Below are positions 24,695 to 38,149 of a DNA stretch of 64,000 nucleotides, in pieces. A model generated the notes under the pieces. That model saw only the letters and a program-made list of their open reading frames with translations, was not told where the DNA came from and searched no databases. Numbering within the stretch: position 1 is the first letter of the stretch; every line of letters starts with the position of its first letter. Origin of the DNA: the human T2T-CHM13v2.0 reference genome, Homo sapiens; NCBI RefSeq assembly GCF_009914755.1, contig NC_060926.1. The stretch is one strand, 5' to 3'. A program made the translations under genes and the position numbers.

Positions 24695-25235
24695 TTTGCT
24701 ACTCAAAGAATGGTCCTTACACTAGCACCTTCGGCATCCCCTGGGAACTTGTTAGAAATGCAGATTCTAAGGCCCCATGCCAGAACTACTGTGTAAAAAT
24801 GTGTGTTTTAAAAGATTCCCAGGTGATTTGCACATACACTTGTTACAGACTGAATGTTTGTGTCACCCTAAAATGTATGCTGGAACACTAACACCTAATG
24901 TTGTAGTATTTGAGGCAGGGCCACTGGGAGGTAATTAGGTTTAGATGAGATTATGAGGGTGAACCCCCATGATGAGATTAGTGTCCTTGTAAGAAGGCAC
25001 GGAGACACCAGAGCTCTCTTCACCATGTGAGGTCACAGCCAGGAGGCAGCTGGCCATCTACAAGCCAGAAATAAGGCCCTCACCAGGGAAGGAAATTGGC
25101 CAAAAACTCGATCTTGGAATTCCTAGCCTCCAGAACTGTGTGAAATAAGTTCCTATTGTTTAACTCACACACAGTCTGTGATATTTTATGTCAGCTGGAG
25201 CCGACTAAGAAAAACCTCAGATTTGAGGAGCACAA
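24695..25235. mobile_element. MER5A MITE split by an MLT1A LTR
   Basis: ctactcaaag...gaacttgttagaaatgcagattct...cccaggtgatt; resumes after the LTR with tttgaggagcac. Confidence 0.75.
24841..25211 (+). mobile_element. MLT1A-like MaLR solo LTR
   Basis: tgttacagactgaatgtttgtgtc...cctccagaactgtg...gccgactaaga. Confidence 0.9.
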
Positions 25236-25944
25236 ACCCCTTGTCATGGCACAGGCAGCCTTTCGTTACTGCACTCCTGTGTGCTGCATGGACTCTGTGA
25301 CAACGTGGCCTACTTGTCTGGGCCCTGACACTAGCACTGTGGAGTTCCTGAATAGGCTACCTTTGCACAGCTGTGATTTTGTCCAAGAAGTTCTCTCTGT
25401 CAGGAATGTCCTCTTTGTATTCACTTAACTATTAATAGCATTGTGTTAGGGAAAAAAAAAAGAAACCTAAACTGTTTTATCTATTAAGCCTTCCTTGTTC
25501 CTCTCAGCAGAATTAAGACCTCCACATTTCACAACACCCTGTGCTTCTTCCTGATTAGAGACTTACTATCCTATATTCTTACAGCCTGCTCTCATTTTCC
25601 TACACCAGACTGAATTTCATGGTATGAGGGCCTAAGTCTTATTTTAAATGCTTTGCCAAATACTAGGAAACTTAGAGACTTGTAGATGCTCAATATATGT
25701 TCGCTGACTTAACCAACAAATCAAGGAACTCATGTGATACACACTTGTGTATCATCACATAGGTAAATACAGACGTAGAAATGTGAAGGGATGTACACAC
25801 ACAGCCTAGTTTCTCTGTAAAAAGAGGGAAAGGGTGAGAGGACATTGTCAGCACACAGAGTGGGTAGCTGATCCCCTGATGTGAAACAGAGGAGGGGGCA
25901 GAGCACCTGGGTCTCTGGCTCCCCTCCAGTGTGCCCCAAACCCA

Positions 25945-26425
<481 letters not shown>

Positions 26426-26789
26426 ATTACCTGTCGAAAATCTCAATATTATGACCAGGGAAAAGAATCTCTATTTTTGTGTAATTAATGAGCTGAGAAT
26501 TTTCCTCCCAAAATTAACTTTGGATATTTAACTTTGAAATGTTGAATATCAAAATATGCTCTTACTTTAATTTACTGTGAAAACCAAGGTCTTTTTAAAG
26601 TCTAAAGTCAGATGGCTTTGGGTTCAGGAAGGAAACTCAGGCAGGTTTCTTGGTGGGCAGACTTGGCCTTTCATCTTCATCCACATGTTAGCTGTGGTGC
26701 TTTGGGGTTTGGGATCCTTTTGCTGAAACTATTTTAACTCCATGTCACTTCATTTGCCAACCCCCTCAAACATCTTTTGGGGATGGATG

Positions 26790-28400
26790 GCCCCTTCTCT
26801 GTCTCCTTTGTCATCTAACCCTCTTCCACTTGATCTTTAAACCTTGGGGCTTCTCAGACTTGGGTCCTCCATCTCCACTCTGTGCTGTATCTGTGGATGA
26901 TCTCACCACAACTTTGGCTTCAGTGACCATCAATTGACCCGTAACTCCCTGTCTTAGTTTCCAGGGCTGCTATTACAAAGTACAACAAAGAGTGTATCTT
27001 AAAGCAATACTTTTGGAGGCCGGAAGTCTGAAATCCTGGTGTCTACCAGGCTATGCTCTCTCCAAAGGCTGTAGGGAGAATCTATCCTTTCCTCTTGCAG
27101 CCTTTGATGGCCCCAGGAGCTCTTTGGCTTGCAGGTACAGCACTTTGTATGCTCTCCTCGTGTGGCTGTGTCTTCTCCTTTTCTTATAAGGACACCAGTC
27201 ATATTGGAGCAGGAACCCACTCTACTCTAGTATGATCTCATCTTAGTTAATTATATCTGCCATGACTCTCTTTCCTGATAAGGCTGCACTCCAAGGTACT
27301 GGGAGTTAAGACTTTAAGATATCTTTTTGAGGGACACAGTTCAGCCCATAACATCCCCAGATTTCCATCTCCACTTTGTTCTTACCTCTGAGCTCCAGTC
27401 CAACTGTTAGACATCCTCCCATGGAGGTCTCACAAATACCTAAAATGCTACAAAAAAAGACGTGAACTCATCTGTTCCCATCCCAGAATCTCCACAGTTA
27501 CCTCTTTGAGTGAATGGGGCGTTATAGTCAGCCTGGGTGGCAAACCTGGAATGTGGCTTGCCACCCAGGTCGATTGTGGCACCACTCTCTTTGACACCAC
27601 TCTCTTCATGCCAACCATTCAGAAAATACATTGAGCAAATTGTAATACCTAAAACATCTCTCAGATATCCTCTACTTCTCCCTTTGGCCCCATACTCACA
27701 GCCACTGTCCTTATCCCACAGCGCCTCCAGCTTAGTCTGCTGTGATAATGTTCTATTGGTTTCCACATCCAGTATTGCCTCTACCAATCCCTTTTCCACA
27801 GAATATGTAGAGTGGTCTTTCAAAACACAAATTTTATTATGCAGTCTTCCTGATAAAACCTCTAAATATTTCCCATTTCTATGGCATAGATCTTGGAACC
27901 CCTAGTGTGGCCTTGTGTGGCCTAAATGATTAATCACCACCCCGTCAACCAACTTAACCTCTCATCTCTCCTCCCCTCTGTCTCCACAGTCCAGCCACAC
28001 TGACCTTCTCGAGGTTCTTTGAAAATTCATGACCTTCCTATATTAGGAATTTACACATGGTATTTTTATTTTTCTGAACGTTTTCCTTCTCTACACTCCT
28101 CTGCCCAGCTAGCCAATACTCATCCTTTCAATCGCAGATGAAGTTTCGTTTTCTTCAAGCAGCTTTTCTGGACTTCTCAGTTAGATCCCCTGTAAAATGC
28201 TCCCATGGTGCTCTGTACTTGCTTTTCACAGCAGGCTCCATGATTGTAATGAAATACTTGATTATAGAATTAGTTTACAATCCATTTTTCCCATTGAAAC
28301 ACAAGCTCCAAGAAACGTGGAGGCAAGGACTGTGTTTTCTTTCCTGCTATAGCTCTAGTGTTTAGAACATTATCCAGCACGCAGCAGAGAGTGAAGAAGC
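26790..28400 (+). mobile_element. L2 LINE 3' region, interrupted by MLT1
   Basis: ctctgagctccagtcc...ctccagcttagtctg...ccagccacactgaccttc...cacaagctcc...gcaaggactgtgt...taaataaataatgaat. Confidence 0.85.
26950..27353 (-). mobile_element. MLT1C-like MaLR solo LTR
   Basis: tgtcttagtttccagggctgct...ttcttataaggacaccagtcatattgga...cagcccataaca. Confidence 0.9.
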
Positions 28401-29039
28401 CTTCGCTAAATAAATAATGAATAAAAGGTAAGTTGTATTTTGGTTTTGCTCACAAATATCCCTCCAATGTCTTGGGCAGCCCTTGCACATAAAAGGCACT
28501 TCATCAATATTGGCTGAATAAAGTACTGGACTAGTCCTTTTCTTATCCACAGAACTGGAGTACACATCCCTGGGACAGCCAGGGGCAACCACTGCAGAGA
28601 GGACACTGAACAAGGAGATTAGTGAATGGCAAACATGAGCACCACCTTGTATGAATATTCTGAAATCCCTAGGCCTTTGCTCTTTTTAAAATTACATGTT
28701 CACCCACAACAGCAGCTAGTGAGTCTCCCTGACACCTTCCGTCTAGCTGGCACAAGCAACGACAGGTTCTCTTGAGCTCTTTCTTCCTCACGTCAGACCT
28801 CTGTAGGGAAAGCAGCAGGCAGAGACTTTTTAGGTCAAGGTCCCATACGCCCAGTGTCCCACTCTGCCCTTGGAGGAAATGTTTGATGATAAATCCTCTT
28901 AGGACTATTGGCCGTAAAAAACTTGTGCTTTGTTGTCAGTGAGGATGTGGATTACATGAAAATAGATACACTGCATAGTAAAATAGAGACAGCCATGTGT
29001 TTTTTAGCATTAATTCCCTCAGATGTGTAGCGGCTGGAT

Positions 29040-29620
29040 CTTCTCAGTGTGAAAAGTGCTTTCATGTGCATTCCCTCCACTGATTTCTACAACAAACCTG
29101 TGGTAAGAGTAACTATTTCCCCATTTTTACATGTGCAGAATTAAGATTTGGTGTAAGACAACTAGCCCAAGTGTCTGGAGTAGTTACAATGGAATGCACG
29201 CATGTAGCCGAGCTGCAAGTGGAAGCCCAGTTTTCTGACTCCCAGGCACTTCTCCCTTCCTCTTCCACTGCTTTGCATGGCGAGAAGAGTTTGGCACAGG
29301 TGGGTGGCTGTGACTCCATCCTCTTCATATAGCTCCCTCCTGTAAAGGGGCCCTGGCACCTGTTCCTAGCCGTCTCTCCAAATCTGTGCTGTTCCTACTG
29401 GCACCAGCTCATCATGATGGAGCATTTCTTATGTGTCAAGCTCTCTTCTACATGCTCTATACCTATGCTCTCCTTTGATTCCCCACAATATAAATTTGAT
29501 GTGTGCACTATTATTGCCTGCATTGTACAGGTGAGGAGACTAGAACACAGACAAGTAACATTCCCAAGTTTACACAATGAATTTTAGAGTCAAGTGTCAT
29601 ACTCCGGCAGTCTGATGATG
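29040..29620 (-). mobile_element. Two MIR fragments
   Basis: ccccatttttacatgtg (~29120) and cattgtacaggtgaggagactag (~29520). Confidence 0.65.
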
Positions 29621-31139
29621 GAGCCCAAACACATAACAATGAAGTCATACTGCCTTCTGTAGCATGTGACTGTTTCCTTTGTGTTACTATCTCAACCCTT
29701 CTACTCACTGTCACCTTCTCATGGTGAAACCTGAGTTTATTTACACTTGGGTTTTAATTGGATTTCAGCTTCTCTCATTCCTTTTGTCTCCTTGCAATAG
29801 AGAAGGAAGCAAAAATACATTCCATGGGCTAAAATAAAGACTTTTTAAAGAGTGCCTGTGATGTTCTTGTAGGATATTAGTGCTTACTCACTGGTGGTAC
29901 TTAGTGGGTGATTATAATAATTACACAAAGCAAACAAATTAGCCAAGTTAACTTCTCACTAAAGCTCATTTCAATGAGGTGTACAAGAGAAAATGAATTC
30001 TTCCACTTATTGTTCAACAGAATGGGAATTCTAAAGGAGAAAGATCATTCTAACAGGAATAATTAACAGAGACATCACCTAGACATCACACTTAAAGTGT
30101 ACACGCATGCACACACATATAACTGCTACTTAAAACCTATGTGCAAAGATGTGGATTTGGAGACTGATTTCAAGGTGGCTTATTTTAAATAAAAGCAGTG
30201 AAAACTTGTGATGGAGGACTGCAGCAGCACCTTTAAAATGCTCATATTTCTGAAATAATGAGCTACTTTGCAAGATGACAGATTTAAATGGTGAAGCATA
30301 CGCTTCAAAATACTTGCTGTCTAGGCAAGCTTGTGATATTTCTACAAATGGGGTTTTCATAGTCTGGGGGGAATTGGGAAGGGTACATTGAGCACTTCTC
30401 AATTTTAACAAGCACTTTAGATCGCACAGTTCTTCATAATCACTTTTAATAATTGTTCCTTCCAACAGCTCTGTTATTCCCATTTCACAAATACAGTAAC
30501 TGATGCAGTTAGAACAAAGGGAATATTTTGGAGCTCACTTCCTAGTCAATATCAGGAGCTTAATGATCTCACTGAGGTAAAATTTATGAGGATTCAGACT
30601 TGCCATTGCTGGGTTGATCTTTGTGGTTCTTGGAAGGGGCTCCGAGGTGGGAGTCCCTGCTGCAAATGCAGCTCTGGCTGGACCTGCCCTGCAGTTAGCC
30701 CTGAGGGCACCAATGATCTCAGATGCAAGATTGGCCCCCGGGAGGGGCCAGTGCAAGGATGGACGCTGGCTCTAGTCTGGTCCACAAACTGATAGGTAAC
30801 CTCTCTGAAGTACTGTATTTTAAAAGGAGTTACTCTTTCATTCTTTCATCTAGCAGCAACTATGTAGTGAGCATCAACAAAGAACCTATTGAAAGTCTAA
30901 CTAAACGGTGATTTGAAAAATCTGCCTCTGCATCTTGTCACCCAATTCCCATAGACCAACTGATCATGCTCATGGTATTTTGCACTTGAAGTTTCCCAAG
31001 TGAGAGACAATTTGGATTTGATGAGAAAGGTGAAATTGTCTAGGCTTTACAGATGAGGGTTGTAAAGATGTCTTAAACCCTAGATGATATTTGCTTAAAT
31101 ATATTCAAGATCAACAGATCTGTAATCTTGCCCATTGTC

Positions 31140-31470
31140 CAAAGCCCAGGGTGAGCTCACCTTCTCTGTGAAAGCTCCCTGGGCCATCATCCTCACCACT
31201 TGGGATTGATACTACACAGGCTCTTTTTTCAGTTCAATTTCATTCTGTAGTTATTTAAACATTTACTTTTTGTAAGGTTCAGTGCTGGATTCTGGCAATA
31301 CTGCATCATATGTTTTATGCCATTTGTTCTTGTTTTTTTTCATGTTTTGACCTTGTTTTACCTGTGAGATTGTCAGCTCCTAAAGGACAGGATGCAGCCA
31401 ATACTTCCTCTGAGCTCCTCCTAGCACAGCCCAGCACGGTGCTTTGCACGAAGGAGAGGTTTAATGATAG
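31140..31470 (+). mobile_element. L2 3' end fragment
   Basis: agattgtcagctcctaaaggacagg...ctagcacagcccagcacggtgctttgcac. Confidence 0.6.
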
Positions 31471-31483
31471 TGACCTATGAACT
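31471..31483 (-). promoter_or_regulatory. Candidate nuclear-receptor DR1 element
   Basis: TGACCTATGAACT = AGTTCA-T-AGGTCA on the minus strand. Confidence 0.35.
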
Positions 31484-32259
31484 GAATTGTATAAGCAATT
31501 ACAATTTACTAGTTATTTACCAAATTCTTACAGCCAAAGGGAAAGTTTGCATTTTATTTTCTAAATGAATCTTTGTTTCAAATTCCTTAGTCCATCCCTT
31601 TGCGTCATAGAAATCCACTAAAATTTCTTTTTGGCTCCAATTATTACCTGGCATACATTACCCTTCTTTTTCCTCTTTTTCACTGACCTTCCGCATAGCT
31701 TTTAAATTTGCACAGATCTGTGATAAGACAGGGAATTCTGCCACTCCTTGACAGATATTCTGTCATTCCATGAATTTCATAAAGACAGAAGAGGCAGTAG
31801 AAATTAGCAATGTCACCTCCAACGTCAAACTCATTTAACAATCCTTTCCTGTTCATTTTCATACTCCACTTAGCTCAAAGATTTTACTGTTGTCTTCTTT
31901 TTTGAAACTGAAAAACACGTCTGCATTTGCAAAGAATGGTGACAGGAGATGCAGCCGATGTGAAAAAGTTGATAGAGGGAAAAGTTGTGTTAAAATACAT
32001 AGCTTATTAGAGTTATAATATCGTATTCAAGAAAAAAGATTTCGGAATTCAATAGGCATCATTTGCAAGCAAGAAGGCTTAAATACAAAAAGTAATTTCT
32101 CTTGGTCACCTAGCAATTCAATGAGAGACTTCGGACTGCAGTCTGTGTTGGTGGTCTTTGGATTGGCTATTCTTATTCTTTCAACATAAAACCCCTCTGT
32201 GAGGTAGCACATTCTGGGACACTGAACCCAGCCTGTTGTGCTGTCTCTGAAGAGGACAT

Positions 32260-32490
32260 ATATCCCAGTGGTTTAGAGCCCAAGATTTGGAGTTAGGTGG
32301 CTCTGGATTTTCAAAATCACATTCCTGAAATAACCTTGAGGAAGTTACATTATTTCTCTTAGCACCTGTTATCTCCTCTATAAAATAAAGATAATGATAG
32401 TGTCTACAGGGTTGTTGTGAGAATTAAATTAGCTAATGGCCCACAAACCGGCATGCTGTGAGGCGCAAATCATGGCTGTTACTATTACAT
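32260..32490 (+). mobile_element. MIR SINE
   Basis: accttgaggaagttac...ctataaaataaagataatgatag...gggttgttgtgagaattaaa. Confidence 0.8.
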
Positions 32491-33678
32491 ATCCACCATT
32501 TAGAAACAATCGTGAGGCACACAGATGAGTTCTTTGGCAGAGTGCTATCCGATAGCACATGTTATTAAATCTCTAAAGTAGCCATTGGTGACCTATTAAA
32601 CTAGGCCATTACCCGCTTGCTGCATTTATTCATTTACATGTTCATTGGGTGCCTAGGCAAGTATTTAGTGGGTGCCTACTCAGTGTCATATGCCTATGCT
32701 AGGCACCAGCAATACAGAGGTGATTTAGATGTGGTCTCTGTCCTTGAAACACTCTTATGGAGAAGTAATTACATTAGAGTGATAAGGTTAGCAGCAGAAG
32801 TACATTCAAGGCAGCCTATTCAAAGGATTGAGCCCCACCTTCCTAAAACCAAATAGGTGTGAGAGAGTCAGAGAGCACTTTGATTCACTGAACTATATTT
32901 ATTTCCTTTTCAAGGTTTCTATGATCAGGCTCATGATGAAATAACACCGGGAAAATGTGCTCTTCCCTAATATGTGCAAACAAATTCAGAAATGACATAT
33001 TTCAAAGATAGGTCATATCTGATTTAACATGCTTCTGGATTCCACCTAAGAAGTCATCCTTTGCCGTTTCCTGTGCTTCCTCCTTCCCCAGAGCCTGCTA
33101 AGGAAGTTTGCATTGTGAAGTGATGAATGCATATAGGCCACTCACTCTAGCAGTGCTTCTATTTTTGAAGGGCAGTGAAGGCACATTTAAGGATGAGTTT
33201 CATTTATGATTTTGCTTGTGGGTGAGCTCAGGTAGGAGTTGATATCGATAGTGAACCGTATGAAATTTTCACTTACCAGAAAATGAAAAAGTTCTGTGAC
33301 AAAGATGAAACGAACTGTGTCTTTGGATGAATGCCACTAAGAATGTTGTCAGAGGCGACAGGAGGTATGAAAACTACCTTCCTTCTTGGCCATTTGGGAA
33401 GACTGAGGCTCAGGAGGCTTAGCTAAGGTCAGTTGTGAGCTCATGCCAGGAGCCAGGATTATTGTATGACTCAGTCCTTTCCTTTTTCCACCCTGAGAGG
33501 GTTTTACTACCTGTGACCTGCGTTGCATGATGTGAAAACACTCAGTAACCTCTGAGGATCTTCAAAACATATTGATCTATTTGATGCTGCAGTGTTTTTC
33601 AATGGCACTTCTATGTCTATTTTGTTCTCCTGCCCTCCCACCATCGTTTGTTTCTCTATCATACATTTAATTGCTGTG

Positions 33679-33729
33679 ATGACTTAAGAAATGACTTAAG
33701 AAATGACTTAAGTCATTTAAGAATGACTT
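33679..33729. repeat. 12-bp tandem repeat containing an 18-bp perfect palindrome
   Basis: (atgacttaagaa)x2-3; AAATGACTTAAGTCATTT at 33701-33718. Confidence 0.9.
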
Positions 33730-36700
33730 CTGTCCAACCCTGAATTGAGGACTTGCTAGAACCATGAGCCAGCACTTCCCTCCTCCCCACTGTGCCTACC
33801 CTCGCATGCTGTTCTCCCACTTCCCTGTATTCACCCTGCCTTTGTGCCAGTCCCATCTAGTATCCGGCGGAGTACCAGAGAACAGGAAGCATTCAATACA
33901 TATTTGCTAGATTAAGCAAAAGCAATGACATGACAATAGACGAAGCAGATAAGCTTAATGGAAAGATAATGTTGTGAGCACAAAGGATAAAATGAATCCT
34001 AGCTGCAACACGGAATTAACTGAGGCATCTTTTTGATCAGCTCTGACCAACTTTAAAAGGAAACAAGCTTCACTATAAAAGGTTAAAATCTGCTCTTTGC
34101 CTCCCTAATTTGTTTTCTTCTCCCATTCCTATGTCTTTGTTAAGTGTCTCTCTCTCTTACATTTCCAGGGCAGTAATCTCTGCAGCTGCTAATTGTGCCT
34201 TCGTGGATCCACAATGCTTCTTGTGGCCTTGATAGACGACTGTTCCCTTAACATGTTTACATTTCCAAAACACTTTGTGCTTCTCCCTTGGGAGTGCCTG
34301 GGATATGCAGATAGGGATGGCTCTGTGCACAGCCGACTTCTTCTGCCCTGCCTTACATTCAGCACAGGAGCCTGCAGCCAAAAATTAGAATAAGGCTTTC
34401 AGAAGCTGCTTTGAGACCTGTGGTTACTAACAGGAGAGGAGTTCAATGGCGGGGTGGGGGAGGGGAGGTGAGGGATTGAGGTGGGGCAGTGAAAAATGCG
34501 GCCTTTATGTGACCCAGCTAGAACTTCTTCTCAAAGACTCCTGAAGACTCCTTGCTCTTCAGCTTGCTCTCACATCACCTTGAACCTCTGCGTCATCTTG
34601 CTCTGTAGGCTGCTCTAGCTTCTGAGCTTTCTATATCTGACTCTTTCACGGGCTCCTTCGTTTCCAGGACGTGGTTGTCTGGATTCCAGATCTATCCCAA
34701 TCTGTTCAAGCCCCTACATTTCATTAACTGCACTCTTGTCCATTTCGTTTTCAAGGCTTCTCCTAGTCATCCATTCCACATCCGCTGTCACCTGCCTAGG
34801 TTAGGACCTTGAAAATCTCTGATCCATCGCACTGTCTTCTAACAGGTTTTCCCCTCCGGCTGTCAAACCTACCATCTCCATAAGAGAGACAGCCTTTTCC
34901 GTATGCCAGTCATCTGGTCAAGGACCCTCTGTGGCTCTCACTGCCCTTAGAACAGGCCCTCCTGGACCATTGCTGATGGATGGATTGCTCTGCAAACTCT
35001 GCATGGTGCCTATGTTTACGAGGCCCTGACATAGCTTTTAATGACCACTCACATGAATCTCTGTCTCCAAAAAAGTCTTTGGAGGTATTTAATGTGCAGC
35101 CTTTGTCTATCTCAAGTAGATGGGCATGCCTGAGAGGTAGAAGTGACTCCAGAGAAACCAATGCGTTTTAACAACACTCTGAATGACATGCCTTCTTTGG
35201 GGATATTTCTCCAAACTGATCAGCTTGCTTGGAAGTGGAGCCTGCCTTCATTTTTAGCATCACATCAAATTTGAATGCCGTTGGTGTCTCGGAGTGCTGC
35301 AATGTTCCTCGTGACAGTTCGAGCAAAGTCTAATTATGGAAAGATAAATATGAGTTCCAACTTCTTGCTGTTCCCCAGGATGTCACAACCCTAAATGCTC
35401 TGTGAGTTCAGATTTTTGTGAGTCACTATTATTGTGCAGGAGAAAAGTTTATATTATTAAATCTACTCTTAGCTGTACAGTTTCTTCAGAGACCTAGAGC
35501 TCTTCCTGCCTTTATAGATCTAAAGAAATTGGATAAAGAGACAATAACCTGAACATTCCTAGAGACACTGGATATTTTGATCTATTTTTACTGCAGCCTA
35601 TTTCCAAGGGCAACACGTCTCTTATTTTTTTAATCAAATGGTGTGAATCGAAAGTTGCAGCCTGACCTCTGGAGCAGACACCACGGGATGTCAAAGGCAG
35701 CTGTGAATAGTGTGAGCACCAAAAAGGAGTTGCCTTGGTCTTACTCTGGGAAAATAACCTTGACTGTACACTGAGGAAGCAGCCTATCATCTCAAAGAGC
35801 AGGAGGGTTTGCTTTACATTTGGGATTGCTGCATTTTGCTCTGCTGTTCACTATTGTCTGGACATTGGTTAAGTCTGAGGTGGGAGGGCTGTTGTGTGTG
35901 GCTATGTACAAGATAAGCAAAGTCCAACTTCTCAATTTTGTCAACTCTTTCTTTATTGAGTGAGTGTCACAGGTAGATGCTGCTGAGAAATCTCAGTGGA
36001 AAGGAGGGACAGAGGGCAACTGAGCATAGAGAAAATCACATTTATATTTGTTTTTGAAGAGCAGGAATAACCACTAGCAAATGTATAAAGTCTTATTGAT
36101 ACTTATAATTAGGATCACCATTTCTTTGTTCTAAGGTAGAACTTCTCAATGCCCAATGTAATTCTGAGCACATTATATGGAAATATAAAGCTATTTAGTA
36201 ATTAATTAATTAATAAAAAATGCAGAAACACTGTTGAATATTCTCCTTTCCCCCAAGAGTTGGGCCTATCTTATGGGCTCCTGTAGCACCCATTTCTTTC
36301 CCCAAATTTATGAAAAACCTAGAATCACTAGTCTACTCTTTGGCTTTTTTCTAGTTGATGAATTTTAAGAGGGCAGGGGTTAAGTCTTACCATTTTTCTA
36401 TGTAGCCCCGGCTTCTAGGATGGTGTCTAGCACATCATACACATTTGATAAACATGTTTTGTGTAAATATGTCATATTTAAAAATGATGTGTGACACGTT
36501 TGGCACTTCTGATTTCAGTCAATACTCTTCATTTGCTTAAACTGTATAATCACAGAGACTATCTTTGAGAGCCTGCATTTAAATGTCTATCCAATTTCTA
36601 TACTATCTCACTTTACCCATCATCAAGGTGCAAGGGCTTATACAGTTAGGAAAAACTACCCATCTACTCCTCCCACCTTAAAGAAAAAAGAGAAGGAACC

Positions 36701-38149
36701 CAGCTAAATCAGTCACATTTTCCTCTGAGCAGGAGCAGAAGTTAGCTGAGGGAGAGCTCTGGTTGTCTAAAAGCAGGTTAGCATCTGGGTTGATGGATAT
36801 AGCCAAAGACAGGTAGTGTAGATAGTGCATGCAGAGGCAAGAATTGGCTGGCTCAGGTGACTGGTTTGAGGAAATGCCAATTTCTAGTACTTAGAGAAGT
36901 GTATAACCAAAGACCAGATTGGACAATTTCTATCTTAGGGGAAACCATTTGAGGTAATAGGGTAGTCTCAGATAAGGATTCTTCTTCCTAACGATTTCAG
37001 GACACTGGAAAAACCTCCTGGAATTTAGCTACCACTCCAGGGAGAAAGGCTGGTGCAAAGAGTGCAAAGAGATTCTTAATAGATACTGTGTCTCCCAAAG
37101 ACAACAAATCAATCAATCAATGCAGTGTCACATTCACTTAAACATGACCAAAAGAAGGTTCCTCCTCCCTTTTGCTGAGAGATTAAAAGAAGAAATAAAT
37201 GAAGTTAGAGAAAAATAAAAGAAGTTATTGAGTCTCCAGGTCTAATTATCAGAAACTGACCAGTGGCCATTCTTGGAAATTTTAAATTGAAGAAAAAAAC
37301 AAAAACAAAAACAAACAAAACCAACTTAGAGAAATAGGTGGCTGCTTCTCCTGTTAGAATAAAGAAAACTTTAATATTACTTTCATTTACTGACACACCT
37401 GTTCTTTTTGAGGAACTCTTCCCCTAATTTCACTCTATTATCTGCTAAGGGATGAATGATGAAGTTTAAATACAGTATATGAACTCCAAATAATTAAACC
37501 TGATATTTCCTTTCAAAAATGGCATCTCTCTAAGAGCATAAGATTCTTTCTTTTTTTTTCTTTTTTTCTTTTTTTCTTAAGGGGAGAAAAGGAGAAAGAA
37601 AAGAGCCTGCTGAGACTGAAATTTTAATTTTTAGACCAGGATGTTTCCAGAAGCTTCTTAATAGGGCATTTGAATTCATGTTCTTGAGGAAACTTTCTAC
37701 ATCCTGCTGGGGTGTAGAAAGAAGCTGTTATCCACTGGATACCTGAGAGAGGGCACAGGGCCTACTGTGTACAATCTCAAACCTTGAAATAATCACTCAT
37801 TTTGGTACGAAATTCAGCTAGGAATCTGATTTTTAAAGCTTCAATATTAGAAAAAATCAGTTTCTATGGATTCTACTTACCTATATGTGAGGAGAGCAAG
37901 GTTTGCAATTGAATTGTTAATTATCTTGGAAATGTAATTGTGGGTTAACTTGAAAAATATGTAAACGTTTGCCTTTGAAAGAGCCAATCCTGCTGCAATG
38001 AATTGTAAAATGTCTGTTTTGGTTCTAAATAGGAGCATATGATCTGTCTTTACCATCTTGCCATTGCTTTCTTCCTCCCTCCCTCCCTCCCTCCTTTCAT
38101 TTCTCTTTATTTCTTTCTGTTTCTCCTTCTCCTCTCCTCCTCCCTCTCT

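Noticed and set aside
34358-34380. REST/RE1-like TTCAGCAC (also at ~50808)
   Set aside because: Only the left half-site is present; the GGACAG right half is missing
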